Part shown: piece after piece, positions 11,792 through 24,922 of the stretch | How positions within the stretch are numbered: the first letter of the stretch is position 1 | How the letters are laid out: each line of letters begins with the position of its first letter | Assembly: GCF_006345805.1 (NCBI RefSeq) | Contig: NC_043020.1 | Coordinates: 22,072,001 to 22,136,000, forward strand | Origin: Octopus sinensis | Lineage: Eukaryota | DNA: 64,000 bases | Reading direction: 5' to 3' | Program-made: the position numbers and the translations under genes | The notes under the pieces: model-generated | Database searches by the model: none | Seen by the model: only the letters and a program-made list of their open reading frames with translations | What the model was told of the DNA's origin: nothing

Positions 11792-13083
11792 GTAAGTTTG
11801 AAAAATGTTTGTTTTGTTTTGTGTTATAATCACAAGAAAAAAAATTTATAATCAACCTAAATATATGGTGGAAACCATGCCAATACAGAGTATAGAATTT
11901 AGTGCAGCTCTCCAGCCATGCCTGCTCTTGTCAAACTATACAACCCATGCCAGCATGGAAAGCAGACGTTAAATGATGATGATGATGACATTCCCATTCT
12001 TATAATCTAAACCTATCTTCTGTGTGTGTGTGAGAGTCTGTGATGGCCAGTGTCCACATCCCAACTTTTGTTAACCACCTTCTTAAACTCATTGCCAGAT
12101 GGATGCAGTTGATATTCTGCCTGAGATTGTGGATGTTTGTTTCTGTCAGCAAAAAATATATCAAAGAATGTGAACATCTTAGCACCGTTCTATATTTAAG
12201 AGATGAGGAACTATGTACATTATTTACAATTATTTACAATCGCTTGACCAGTTTCACTTTTTTAGAAAAAGATTGTCAAAAGTAAAATGTAAAGCTTTGT
12301 ATAAGCTTTGTTGTGTTAAGTATTGGTTGTCACAAAAGTATTAAAATACATATACACATTCTTTGATAATAAGAAATAAGAAAATGTTAAAAACAGTTTA
12401 CAGGAAAGTATTCAACAAAAAAGTATTAGGAGTTCAATAAAAATCATGTTTGTTTGGTAGTATATATATACACAGAAGGAGATATATTTAAGAATTTACA
12501 AAAAATTGGAGAGGAACCGACCTGTCTTTTTGACATGTTTTCTGTCTTTACACCCACACACACACACATAAAAGCTTTGAGTTGAGCAGAGTAGATATTT
12601 CAATGGGATGCTCTTACAAAGAACAAGGATTTGGCAAAGTGTTCCATGTTTGGTCTGAGAAGCATGAACCTGCAGTGGGTACATTGCTTAAATATCTCTT
12701 GGTCACTATTTGTTACTCAACATCTACAAAGGGGAGCCAAAAAAGGAGGGGTTTGTTTCGTCCAAACTATTGCAGCTGTGAAATCTATTGACAATGGTGC
12801 CTCCGTTACACTTAGAGACCAGGTAATTGTGTCATTTCATTGGAGTGCAGATGGTCAACTAGATAAAATATTGGACAACCATTTTGAGAGATTGTTTCTG
12901 TGTTCAAGACATTCAAGGTTGAACAGCCCAGTCTGCTTAGCTGTAAGTAGGTACCATACTTGGTTATATGTACTACAGAATTTTTTTGTGTTAAGTGCAG
13001 CTTCATCATCCATTTAGTCACAGCAATGATGTTATTTAAATATTTCTTCATATTCTTCTTTCATTTTTGTTTTTTTCTTCCAG

Positions 13084-13213
13084 CAACTGGAGAGCTGATT
13101 GGTTGTTTTGGTCTGACAGAACCAAATCATGGAAGCGATCCATCTTCAATGGAAACGGTAGCTAGATATTCTCCTTTAGATGACACATATATTCTAAATG
13201 GATCCAAATCCTG
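13084..13213 (+). CDS. GCDH: GCDH coding exon (130 bp)
   Basis: ttccag|CA...TG|gttagt. Encodes (A)[42 protein letters not shown](W), including the acyl-CoA dehydrogenase FAD-binding motif CFGLTEPxxGSD. Confidence 0.98.
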
Positions 13214-15211
13214 GTTAGTTGAACTATATTTTCTACACGTATTCCAGACACATCCAACATGCAGTTGATTATATTAACCCATGTTTACACAAATGCACAT
13301 GAGCGTTGTATCATCCATGTATATTTCATGCTGCTTCTACAATGGTCACTGCTCTTCTGAACCAATCATCAAGCTGCAGACCACCTCCCCACCCTCCACC
13401 TGCTCCTCTTCCTCCTATTAATTCCTCCTGTCTCTTACTTCAACACTAAGCATTTTTTTCGCACAATCCACTTGCTAAAAATAGCAGCTAAATCTCCCAA
13501 TGACTTTAATCATAAGTAAAGCTTAGTCAGAGCTAAACAACAACTGTTGATATATATTATTTATGGCATAAAGTTGCAATTTTTTAGAATAAAAGAAAGC
13601 ATGTCAAAAAAATCTGCCCAGGTCCCACATACAAACTTGGATCTATATTACATGCTTTAACCCTTAAATGGTGGACAACATCGATCAATATTTAAAAAAT
13701 TTGACATGGATATGGTGGTCATTATCAAATGGAAGTGAATATTTTACACTTTTTGGTAATGAGATTGTAAATTTTATTGTGCAAAAGACTGATTATTTTG
13801 GATTGTGGACTTTAAAGTGAAAACAATTATAAAAATTACTCTTAAGGAAAAGAGAAATTTTGGGGGGTCTTTTCTTGCCCATTTGACTGATGCTTTCCCA
13901 CAACTCTTTCTCGCCATTCAAGAGTGGATGCACTAAAAACATTTTCTCTCCTGATTATGCTCTGCTGGAATTGGGATATGTTTAATGTCTGTGTGTCTTT
14001 GATGCCATTCAAATATGGTAGTCTTTCTGCTCCCATCTCACTCAAAAATACAAATATAGATATTGTTTTCCAAAATCACACAGGAGATGTGTGTGTCAAG
14101 AAGAATATAGTCCTAGATACATTGTGCCTGAAAGCAAAACAAAACAGTCATGGGTAGAATGTCCTCTGTCTGCTGAATCTGGTCTAACCAGGGTCTAAAT
14201 AACAACATATTTACCATATTTTATTCTATAAAAGACACAAGGGTATCCTAGATGCTCCCCTATTTCAGCCGTGCTTATTCAGGAAAAAAGCTTTTAGAGG
14301 ATTCAACTTCATATATAGGACTTGGGATAATTTTCTGAGACATTCTGGGGGAAAAAAAGTGCATTTCATATGCCATCATATGCAGTATTTTTGGTTTTGA
14401 GTCACAAAGCCAAATATGTAAGGAATGAATACGAGAAGGCCAAATTTCAAATGACTGGAAAATCAGAACAGCAAAAGCTTGTAAAACTGAAAAGTCAGCA
14501 GACCAAATGCTAGAAGGCTGAAGGATCAACTTTCAGAATTTTGAAGTATTTTAGGAAAAAAAAAAAAAAATATAAAAAAAAAGCATCTTAAAAGTTGTTT
14601 AAAAAGGGAATTGTGAAATATATAATATTTTTATTTTGACATATTTACTTAAAATGAAGCACAAGGATGACAAAGTCAACTTCAGCAGAATTTAAACCCA
14701 GAATATACAGACAGACGAAGTGTTGCTAAGCATTTTGCTTGGCAGCATGCTAACGACTCTGCCAATTTGCTGCTTTGGATGTTTATGTAATAATTAAAAA
14801 CCAACAGTTTTAGTAGTAACCAGTAATTAATAATGTTGTTAATTACTAGTAATTAATGAAAAAATGTCAAATTAACCTAATTAACTGCAGTAAGAGCAAT
14901 ACATTGTTTTTTCTAACTTGCTGCTGTGGGAGAATTAAGTGATCTTGTTATTGTTTAACACCAGGTCAACTCACATTGGGCAGGCCTATGATTAGACATC
15001 CCAACCATGACCATTTCAACTTTTTGTATATCCATTACATTATCCAGTATGTCATTGTTTTTATGATGGTTGAAGGGGATTTGGTTGCTGTTTCTATTGG
15101 GTCAAATAACCATGTCAAGGCTTTGTCTTTGGGTCATACAGTTATTCATTAAATATATCTATTGTTTCATCATTATGAAGATATAGTTATTATATATATA
15201 TATATATATAT

Positions 15212-15660
15212 ACCATACCGGGGTGCAAAGAGCACCATACGAGTGTGATCGTTGACAGAGCGGTTAACCAGCTTCTGTGCCAGTGGTATCATTTGAGGTG
15301 TGATCGTTACAGTGTCGCCCTACTGGCACTTGAGCCAGTAGGGTGTTTGTAGGGGGGTAAGAGCACCATCCAAGCATGATCGTTACCAGCATCGCCTTAC
15401 TGGCACCTGTGCTGGTGGCATATGTAAAAAGATTCGAGCGAGGTCGTTGCCAGTACTGCCTGACTGGCCCCTGTACCGGTGGCACGTAAAAGCACCCACT
15501 ACACTCTTTGAGTGGTTGGCGTTAGGAAGAGCATCCAGCTGTAGAAACTCTGCCAGATCAAGATTGGAGCCTGGTGCAGCCATCTGGTTCACCAGCCCTC
15601 AGTAAAAATCGTCCAACCCATGCTAGCATGGAAAGCGGACGTTAAACGATGATGATGATG
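15212..15660 (+). mobile_element. SINE type 1, long copy with internal subrepeats
   Basis: Same 3' end and (GAT)n tail as the other type-1 copies. Confidence 0.8.
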
Positions 15661-15832
15661 ATTATATATATATATATATATATTTAAGTAGGTGAATGAA
15701 TTATCCTAGTATGGATAATTCGGTTAACCAATACCCGGGTAGCAAATTCACGTCAGAAAACACGGTTGAAGCTACATGCCAAGGGCAGAAATCACGTGTT
15801 CTCATGTGGAAATTTGTGTGTTTTTTTTAACA

Positions 15833-15936
15833 ATAAGTAAATGAGAGAATGGAGTCGAACGACGATTTTAACAAAATTGCTTTATTCTCTTCCTTTATTT
15901 TGTTAAAATCGTCGTTCGACTCCATTCTCTCATTTA

Positions 15937-15941
<5 letters not shown>
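15833..15941. repeat. Perfect inverted repeat: 45-bp stem, 19-nt loop
   Basis: 15833-15877 is the exact reverse complement of 15897-15941. Confidence 0.95.
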
Positions 15942-15970
<29 letters not shown>

Positions 15971-15971
<1 letters not shown>

Positions 15972-16100
15972 GAGGCGCAATGGCCCAGTGGTTAGGGCAG
16001 CTGACTCGTGGTCATAGGATCACAGTTTCGATTCCCACACTAGGCATTGTGAGTGCTTATTGAGCAAAAATACCTAAAGCTTTAGGTTCTGGCCACGATA
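15971..16100 (+). mobile_element. tRNA-head SINE (type 4), 5' fragment
   Basis: GGAGGCGCAATGGCCCAGTGGTTAGGGCAG...GTTTCGATTCCC with A/B-box-like motifs; same family as 28892-29187. Confidence 0.75.
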
Positions 16101-16419
16101 TATATATAAAGTGATTGTCTATGTTATTGTGATGAGTCAAGTGTGAAACTCAGAATAGACTCAACTTTTGATACAATATCTATATTATGTTCCTATTCTA
16201 CCCAAAGAATTGAGAGAAGTTCTACATACCAGATAATATTTGTACTATGTTAAGTATATAGTCTGTTATACAGCATTTACATTACTATATATATATTTAT
16301 ATATATATATGGGGCATTTGTTTGTATAAAATAAAATTGAATTGAATTTATCATTTAATGAGTAAATTATTGTTCAATTTATTATTTTGGTCTCCATTTC
16401 TAATTTATATATATATAAT

Positions 16420-16580
16420 AGTTTTGATCACAACTCTCTGACGAATGGAAGTGTGAAACTCTGAGTAACAGTTTTTGTGATGTTTTTGCAGCTTTTCTAT
16501 TGAAAAGCATATTACTCTACCTTCGGTATTGGAGTACTATTTTTTCCACCTTGTTTTGCATTTGTGTGCTTACTTGTATG
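16420..16580 (+). mobile_element. Penelope-like pseudo-LTR fragment with hammerhead core
   Basis: CTGACGA-ATGGAAGTGT-GAAACTCTGAGTA-ACAG, followed by sequence homologous to the reverse complement of 31788-31950. Confidence 0.65.
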
Positions 16581-16599
16581 TGTATATATATATTATATA

Positions 16600-16930
16600 T
16601 CATTTTCATATCATCTAATCTCCATGTTCCATGATGGTATAGTTTGGATGGTTTGGCAAGATCTGATGAGTCTAAGGACTGCTTTGAGCTCCAGTGTCTG
16701 CTTTGGAATGGTTCCTACTGCCGGATGCCTTTCCACAAATGGCCAACCACTTTACAGCATGAACTGGAGGCTGTTTTGTGCCACCTGCACTACTGGGGTC
16801 ACCATGCAGTTGGCAAGACTACAAATTTCTGGGAGAGGTGGTGAGACAGCTTCATGTTAGGGGAGGTGGAGCTTGCTGTGAGGGAGGTGGGACAGAGCAG
16901 GTTCATGCACAGGGATCTGCAGAGCTTCTC
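16600..16930 (-). mobile_element. RTE-related LINE/SINE 3' UTR fragment
   Basis: The minus strand resembles the type-1 SINE 3' region (GGCATCCGGCAGTAGGAACC...CATGGAACATGG). Confidence 0.55.
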
Positions 16931-17324
16931 AAAAAGAAAGGAAAAGGGTGTGGGTAGGGAGAAGCGAAAAAATGAACAGTAAAATATATATATATATATA
17001 GTTTATAGCTTAGGTATTCTCCGTATAGAACACACTTTGTAGTGCTCGAGATTTAATCTTGAGCAGGTAAAGGAATAAATTTAAGGACAAGCAAGTTGGG
17101 CAAGACAATATACAAAAAATGCACATACACACACACAAACATAAGTGAAAGAGAGTGAGAGAGATTGTTGACATCCCAAGAATTTAGAAATCTTTGAAAG
17201 AACATAATAATCCTTTTTTGGAACAATTAATTTTGAAGCACATAGAGACCTAAGTGTAAATATTAGATTAAAAATCCTTTTTGATAGAGAAAATCTAGAT
17301 TTTATATATATATATGTATATATA

Positions 17325-17716
17325 GGCGCAGGAGTGGCTGTGTGGTAAATAGCTTGCTTCCCAACCACATGGTTCCAGGTTCAGTCCCACTGTGTGGCAC
17401 CTTGGGCAAGCATCTTCTACTATAGCCTCTGGCCGACCAAAGCCTTGTGAGTGGAATTGGTAGACAGAAACTGAAAGAAGCCCATTATATATACATGTGC
17501 GTGTGTGTGTGTTTGTATATCTGTGTTTGTTCTCCCACCATTGCTTGACAACCAATGTTGGTGTGTTTATGTCTCTGTAACTTAGCAGTTCAGCAAAAGA
17601 GAACGATAGAATAAGTACTAGGCTTACAAAGAGTAAGTCCCAGGGTTGATTTGTTCGACTAAAGGCGGTGCTCCAGCATGTCTGCAGTCAAATGACTGAA
17701 ACAAATAGAATAAAAG
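17325..17716 (+). mobile_element. tRNA-derived SINE (type 2), full length
   Basis: GGCGCAGGAGTGGCTGTGTGGT...GGTTCAGTCCCAC...CAAATGACTGAAACAA. Copies also at 21440, 41172, 42731, 43290, 56415, 60000 (-) and 63228 (-). Confidence 0.85.
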
Positions 17717-18189
17717 AGCACATAGATATAGAGACAGATATACTTTCACTTGCAAATTTCTCTATCTGTGTGTGTGTGTACTATATAAGTATATGAGGAG
17801 TGTGCGATGAATAACGAGAGCAATTATTTTGTTAATTATTCATGCCTAAGTTCTTGACACGTCACTGTCAAGTGGTACAAAATGTTTTTGATGTCATCAC
17901 TTGTCATCAGTGGCCCATATTTGCTCTATTGAACCTTCCTTGAATTGTTGTTTAGCCCATGGTCGACTTGATTGAGCAGGTTTATAATCAGAGGTAGTCC
18001 AGTCATAATTGTCCTGCCTTTTGGGAAATATGTAAAACTACATTATCCATTGTGTTTTTTTACCCTATTGTAGTTTATAGAGTATGATTTAGGTGAGATT
18101 TTCACTGCTATTTCTAACAGGTTGAGTGACAATGTGAAAGTTCCCTAATTATTTGATGAAAGTTGAAGGTTGTTTTAGGGGAAGTTGTG

Positions 18190-18362
18190 ATGTGATGTTG
18201 TGGACATATACATACCTCACAACAAATACTTGTCTTACAACAGATACCTCACAACAACACAGCTACATGTCTCTCAACATCACAGCAAATACACACCTGA
18301 CAATAAATGCAGACCTAACAACAAATATACATCTCACAAGAAATACATACCTCACAATAAAA
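18190..18362. repeat. ~18-bp degenerate minisatellite
   Basis: Units resembling ATACATACCTCACAACAA. Confidence 0.7.
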
Positions 18363-19601
18363 CCAAAAGAGTGTATTTCAAAGAATAGTGCCAAGAAATA
18401 TTTGCTCTGAAATAATTGATTGTTGTGAGGTCAAAACCAATTTTGCCTCAGACTAATAAACATTTGGCACACTGTTACCTGCTGCTGGTAACCAGGGGTC
18501 AAAGAATAAACCAGACTCCCTACTGGGGAAGAGAGTGTGTAGAGCCCAGTAGCTTTAAAAAACGAATCCTATCAAAGATGGATGAGCTCCTTCTCTGTGC
18601 TAATAGTATCCATGTCTTGGGGACAAGATGGGCACCATCAGGATTCCCAAGTCCAGTAAAACACTTGGATATAAGTTATACCATTATTTAATTCTGTTCC
18701 AGACTGGTTGGGTCCTAGGTTTTAAAGAAAGTCCAAATTTGGGACGGGTGGAAAAGATGAAAGACCATTTGTGAGAGTATCATTGGTCAAGTTCTGGCCA
18801 TTAACATTGATTCTGTCATCCATTTGATGGCTGCATTTCACATATTCAGTCTTTGAAATCTTTATCCCCATTCCTTTTTCATTTCACTCTCTTTTTTTGA
18901 TACTATGACATGTACTGCATCTGCTAAAACAGTCCATCTCTATTTCTATACCTGCATCTGCTACAGTCCATCTATATTTCTATACCCTTTCTGCCGGCTG
19001 AAACCCACTTGCCCCCCCCCCCCCCAATCTCTTTGAGTCGTGTCTCAGATCCCCCCCCATCCCACACTAAATACTTCACGTAATCCTTTCACTCCAGAAC
19101 TGCATGCTCAGTGGAATTCTCCATTCCTTCTGTCTTCATTTTCTTGCTGACGTTCACCAACCAAAGTTCAAATTAAAAACTGACCTCATTAATTTCCCCC
19201 AGGCCAGGGTTGGGACAGCTTCAAATTGTCTCCACTGTTCTTTTGATGTTGCAACTCATGGTCTTTGTTGTTGTGGTTGTTTAATCCTAGACTTACCTTG
19301 ATCAACCTGATTCATGAATCCAGGGGATTCCAGATAGTTTCCTCCCAGTAAAATGTACTCCAGACTGCATTAACCAAATATGTCCTACTTCTCTCTTTAA
19401 GAGATTAGACTGTAAATTAGCTGCTGTTTCAAGCAGGTCAAACGACCACATAGGAGCTCCTTCCTGTCCTTGTATTCTTTTTGTGTGTAAATAAGGGAAC
19501 CTCAGAAAAGGTTAATATCTAGCAGGGAGAGGGATCTTATTGTTTTTTTTATCTCCATTGTAAAACCTATCCATAACACACAGTTTTGTTTTCTACCACA
19601 G

Positions 19602-19824
19602 GATTACCAGTTCCCCGATTGCTGATGTGATGGTTGTATGGGGAAAGTCAAAGAGTCACAATAACAGGATTAAAGGTTTCATTCTGGAGAAAGGTATGCC
19701 CGGTTTGACAGCACCAAAGATCGAGGGCAAATTCTCACTGAGGGCCAGCATTACTGGACAAATCGTAATGGAAGATGTTGTTGTGCCAAGCTGCAACCTT
19801 CTCCCTGCTGTTTCTGGTCTCAAA
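19602..19824 (+). CDS. GCDH: GCDH coding exon (223 bp)
   Basis: ccacag|G...AAA|gtaagt. Encodes (W)[74 protein letters not shown]. Confidence 0.97.
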
Positions 19825-20134
19825 GTAAGTAGACATATTGTTATATCGCAGACAACAATTATCATTACCTGCATTTGCAATGTCTTCTTTTATTTTAGAG
19901 ATAGCAATGGCTGCAAAGGTTAAGACACTGTGACTAAGTGTCTTCTTTAAGACACTGTGACTAAGTGTCTTCTTTTACAGCTTTGGACTGTCAAAGCTTT
20001 GTCAGTGATGTCACTCAACTGAAACTGAGCTTTAGCCTGAGTTTTGTTAGAGTTGTAGCTATGTTGAGAATTTTACCATCTCTCTATCTATCTTATCTGT
20101 TTCTGTCTTTCTACATACCTATCTTTGTGTCTTT

Positions 20135-20654
<520 letters not shown>

Positions 20655-20680
20655 AATATCATATAATATTATACTATATA

Positions 20681-21941
20681 TGAGAAGATACCCAAAAGTA
20701 ACAAGAAATGTTCTCTGTGGAACAAGTCCATTGTAGTTCAGGCTTCTGCCACTAGAAGCTACTTGATGCAACCCTCAGGCACAAGTCTTCCAACCAGTGG
20801 CATCAAGTGGAGTTGTACTGCCATGTGGTTCATCTATGTTTTGCAGTGCTTCTCCCCTGTTTGTTGATTTTTGCAATGGCTGAAATGAAGGAGCAGTGTG
20901 CTTCCATGAAATTCTGTTTTCTGCTGGGGAAAACAGCAGCCAAAACAGTTGTCATACTTCAAACAGCTTACAAGGATGCTGCCATGTGTAAAACACAAGT
21001 TTACAAGTGGTTTCCACACTTTAGAAATGGTCACTTGTCGCTTGAAGACCAACCTCGTTCAGGACATCCATCGACCTCCCGAACAGATGAAAACATCACG
21101 AAAATTCATGAACTGATCTTGGAGAATTGATGAACTTGTTGATATGACTGGTGTATGTCCTGGAGCTCCTGCCAACGAATTTTGAGTGAGGTATTGTGAA
21201 TTAAAAGAGCTGCAACAAAATTTGTGTCTTACTTACCCATGGAAGATAAAAAGCAGTCAGGACTGAATGCTTGTTGTGAACTGAAAGGAAAGTTGGAAGT
21301 TGATTCGGAACACTTTTTTCAAAGGTCATCGCCAGTGACAAAAGCTGGTGCTACAGAATTTGCTGATGTGGAAGAGGTGAAGAAAAAGATGATGGAGGTG
21401 TTAAAGGGCATCACTTCATAAGAGTTCCAGCATTGGAACTCCGGGTTCAGTCCCACTGCGTGGCATCTTGGGCAAGTGTCTTCTGCTATAGCCTCGGGCC
21501 GACCAAAGCCTTGTGAGTGGATTTGGTAGACGGAAACTGAAAGAAGCCTGTCATATATATGTATATATATATGTATGTGTATGTATATGTTTGTGTGTCT
21601 TTGTTTGTCCCTCTAGCATTGCTTGACAACCGATGCTGGTGTGTTTACGTCCCCGTTACTTCGCGGTTCGGCAAAAGAGACCGATAGAATAAGTACTGGG
21701 CTTACAAAAGAATAAGTCCCGGGGTCGATTTGCTCGACTAAAGGCGGTGCTCCAGCATGGCCGCAGTCAAATGACTGAAACAAGTAAAGAGAGAGTATTG
21801 CTTCGTATAGTGGAAAACACACCTGGGCTGATGCATTGCTTGAAATGGAGAATACTTTGGAGGCGATAAAAGCGTAAACATGTAAAACTAAGTGAATAAA
21901 ATGATATTGCAAAATTTCACTTTCCTTTGAGTACCCTCTCA
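20681..21941 (+). mobile_element. Mariner transposon relic, internally deleted, with an inserted SINE
   Basis: ORF 20807-21130 (MAEMKEQCASMKFCFLLGKTAAKT...EDQPRSGHPSTSRTDENI) is a mariner N-terminal HTH region. C-terminal FADVEEVKKK is present. Imperfect TIRs TGAGAAGATACCCAAAAG / TTTGAGTACCCTCTCA, flanked by TA. Confidence 0.88.
21440..21795 (+). mobile_element. SINE type 2, 5'-truncated, inserted in the mariner
   Basis: Close match to 17325-17716; mariner sequence resumes after it. Confidence 0.85.
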
Positions 21942-22899
21942 TATATTATGTGTAACATTGCAAGGTTGTCCACCTAAATTCAATGGTTTCAACAGTCATT
22001 AACCCCATAAACTTCTGTAAAAGCATTTTAGACATAAACAGTAATCTTCCACAGGTATCCATCAATTGTTGACTTAAACACAGGAGAAATAGCTGTACCT
22101 GGGACCATTGTAAGAGCTTCTGTGACTGGTGGAAGGGGAGGTGGAAGGTTATCCCTACATTGGAGATGTCGTTTGAATGTTTTGTAACAGAGAGGATTCT
22201 GCTATGGTCACCCTTAGCAGGTTGGGGTGGGGTGCTATGTTAAACCAGGAGATGGATTAAGTCAAGCATAGAGAATAAAAAAAAAACCCAGTTTTTAACA
22301 GCTAATTTCCAGGAAAAGTAGTGGGTGTCACTCTGGAATGTTATCAGTAATGTGGTCACCAGTAAGCAGTAATGTGGTCACCAGTAAGTGTTCAAGCCTT
22401 GTCTGAAATTGGGGCCATTTTTTTCCCCTTTCTCATTGTAGCTCTAGGATTCACTCCATGTACTTGACATATTTAATTTTGTTTGAATATTATCATATTA
22501 TCTTCTCCTCATATACCTCTGTCATGTCTCAGCTCCATCCTACAGCTTAGAGATGCATCACATTCCTCAACACATGAACTCTTCCAAGTATTAACGCCAA
22601 CTGAATACTTCCTATGAAGTTTGGTGTTTGCAGCTTTTCATGCCAGAATATTGCTTTCTTTGAAAGGGTCACAATATTCTGGTCGGCAACCATTTGTTGG
22701 AACATTCTAGCCCATACTTCCTGCACAACTTTCAGTGGAAATACTTAGCTGTATTTCACCCATCACTACGTTCTGAGTTCAAATTCTGCCGAGGTCAACT
22801 TTACCTTTCATCCTTTTGGAGTCAATAAAATAAAAGGGTCAATGTAATTGACTCATCCCTTCCTTCCAAAATTGCTGCCCTTGTGTCAAAATTTGAAAC

Positions 22900-22945
<46 letters not shown>

Positions 22946-23499
22946 GAGTGAGAGAGCAGTTCATGCCATCAAAGTGACACTGGGGTAAAATATACGAAGC
23001 CCAATATACCCATCATGACTACCCGTCTGATAAAGGTACACCAGGAACATGCATCACAACCATATGTGCGCGACATGGTGATCTCATATCAAGATAAACA
23101 GCACATGACCTTGCAGGTGGGGCCCAGTTAGAATTTTCTTCAGGTTGAGTAGCCCATCCCGCTCAAACGGTCCCTGAATAAGGGTTGTTTAAGGATGTTG
23201 AAAGAACCACCCATGTTTCCAGAGGTGAACTATTCAAACCCCAAAGAATCCCTCTCAACACATGGCTATGATGCTCCCCCACTACTTCTGCTCGTGATCA
23301 GAGATGCACATATCATCAGCCACTAAGGGACATGCTCAACTGGTTAAGGTCAAACAACTGACAAGCAAATCTGTGGTATTGAGCAGAATATTTGCTGTAG
23401 CCCATCTTTTATACCAAGACAAAACAATGTACATGATAACACTTCCAATCAGTTAAGATCAGAAGCCATGAGAGCCACTGCCTGGTACTGCATCAGGGC

Positions 23500-23502
<3 letters not shown>
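22946..23502 (-). mobile_element. Retroelement 3' fragment embedded in (ATT)n (possibly Dong/R4-like)
   Basis: A 557-bp non-repetitive block bounded on both sides by (ATT)n; the minus strand ends ...CTCTCACTC(AAT)n. Family assignment is inference. Confidence 0.5.
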
Positions 23503-23533
<31 letters not shown>

Positions 23534-23548
23534 GTTATTATTATTATT

Positions 23549-23762
23549 AAGGTGGTGAACTGACTGAATCGTTAGCATGCTGGATGAAATGCTTATTGGT
23601 ATTTCTCCCATTTCTATGCTCTGAGTTCAATGTCCATGGAGGTCAACTTTGCCTTCCATCTTTTCAGGATTGATAAATTGAGTACCAGTTAAGTACTGGG
23701 GTCAATGTAATCGACTTAACCCCTTCCCCCAAATTTCAGGCCTTGTAGCTATAGTAGAAAGG

Positions 23763-23797
<35 letters not shown>

Positions 23798-24130
23798 GGT
23801 GGTGAGCTGGCAGAATCATTAGCAATCCAGGCAAAATGCTTAGCGGTATTTCAACCACCTTTATGTTCTGAATTCAAATTCTACCGAGGTTGACTTTGCT
23901 TTTCATCCTTTCTGGGTTGATAAAATAAGTACCAGTTGAGCACTGGGGTTCAGTGTAATCAACTAGCCCTCTCCCCCAAAATTTCAGGTCTTGTGCCTTT
24001 AGCAGAAAGGATTGTTATTATTATTATTACTACTGGCAGACTTGTTAGCATGCCTGACAAAACCTTAGTGACATTTTGTTTGCCTTTATGTTTTGAGTTC
24101 AAATTCTGCTGAGGTCAGCTTTGCCTTTTA
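23549..24130 (+). mobile_element. Chain of SINE type 3 copies, each starting right after the previous (ATT)n tail
   Basis: GGTGGTGAGCTGGCAGAATC...GAGTTCAAAT...GAAAGGATTATTATT at 23549, 23797 and 24034. Other copies at 24985, 45679, 47103, 53465 (-) and 59330 (-). Confidence 0.85.
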
Positions 24131-24588
24131 TCTCAGGGAGTAGTGTCCCTGCCTTCCTGAGCTAGTTTTCCACCACATTTCTTTGTGGTAGAGGCCTTGG
24201 TCTCAGGACCACTCATGTCTAGAAACTGAAGTTGGGGGGTAAGCAAGGGCATGCTCCCCATAGAAAATCCAGCTCCAAAAAAGCCTTATGATAGCAAAGA
24301 AGAATGGGCACCAGCCACCCCCATCAACAGGGACAAAACCTGGATTTAAAACACTGGATTATGATGATGATGATGATGAGCATTAGGATCGGTAGAATCA
24401 GTAGCCCCCCCCCCCTCAAAATTATTATTATTAATGGCTGTGAGTTGATGGAATCATTAGCAGACAAAATGCTTACCACAGCATTTCTTTTGGTTCTTTA
24501 CATTCTCAGTTCAAATGCCACTGAAGCTTTACCTTTCATCCTAGTCAGAATTATTATTATTATTATTATTACAACTATTCTGCTATGT

Positions 24589-24922
24589 GAAGGCGCATGG
24601 CTCAGTGGTTAGAGCGTCGAGCTTACGATCGTGAGGTTGTGAGCTCGAATCCTGGACCGGGCTGCGTGTTGTGTTCTTGAGCAAGACACTTTATTTCACG
24701 TTGCTCCAGTTCACTCAGCTGTAGAAATGAGTTGCAACGTCACGAGTGCCAAGCTGTATCGGCCTCTGCCCCTCCCTTGGATAACACTGGTGGAGTGGAG
24801 AGGGGAGGCCAGTATGCATGGGCGACTGCTGGTCTTCCATAAACAACCATGCCCAGACTTGTGACTAGGAGGGTAACTTTCTAGGTGCAATCCCATGGTC
24901 AGTGTCGTGACCGAAGGGGGTC
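24589..24922 (+). mobile_element. tRNA-head SINE (type 5)
   Basis: GAAGGCGCATGGCTCAGTGGTTAGAGCG...GAGCTCGAATCC; a second copy at 50848-51094 on the minus strand. Confidence 0.8.

Noticed and set aside
16663-16680. CTGATGA-GTC-TAAG-GAC as another hammerhead
   Set aside because: Stem II forms, but the required GAAA does not follow (TGCT instead); it lies in a LINE/SINE UTR fragment.
24589-24670. tRNA gene candidates (also 15971, 17325, 28892)
   Set aside because: A/B boxes are present, but no complete cloverleaf or terminator, and each continues into a multicopy SINE body.
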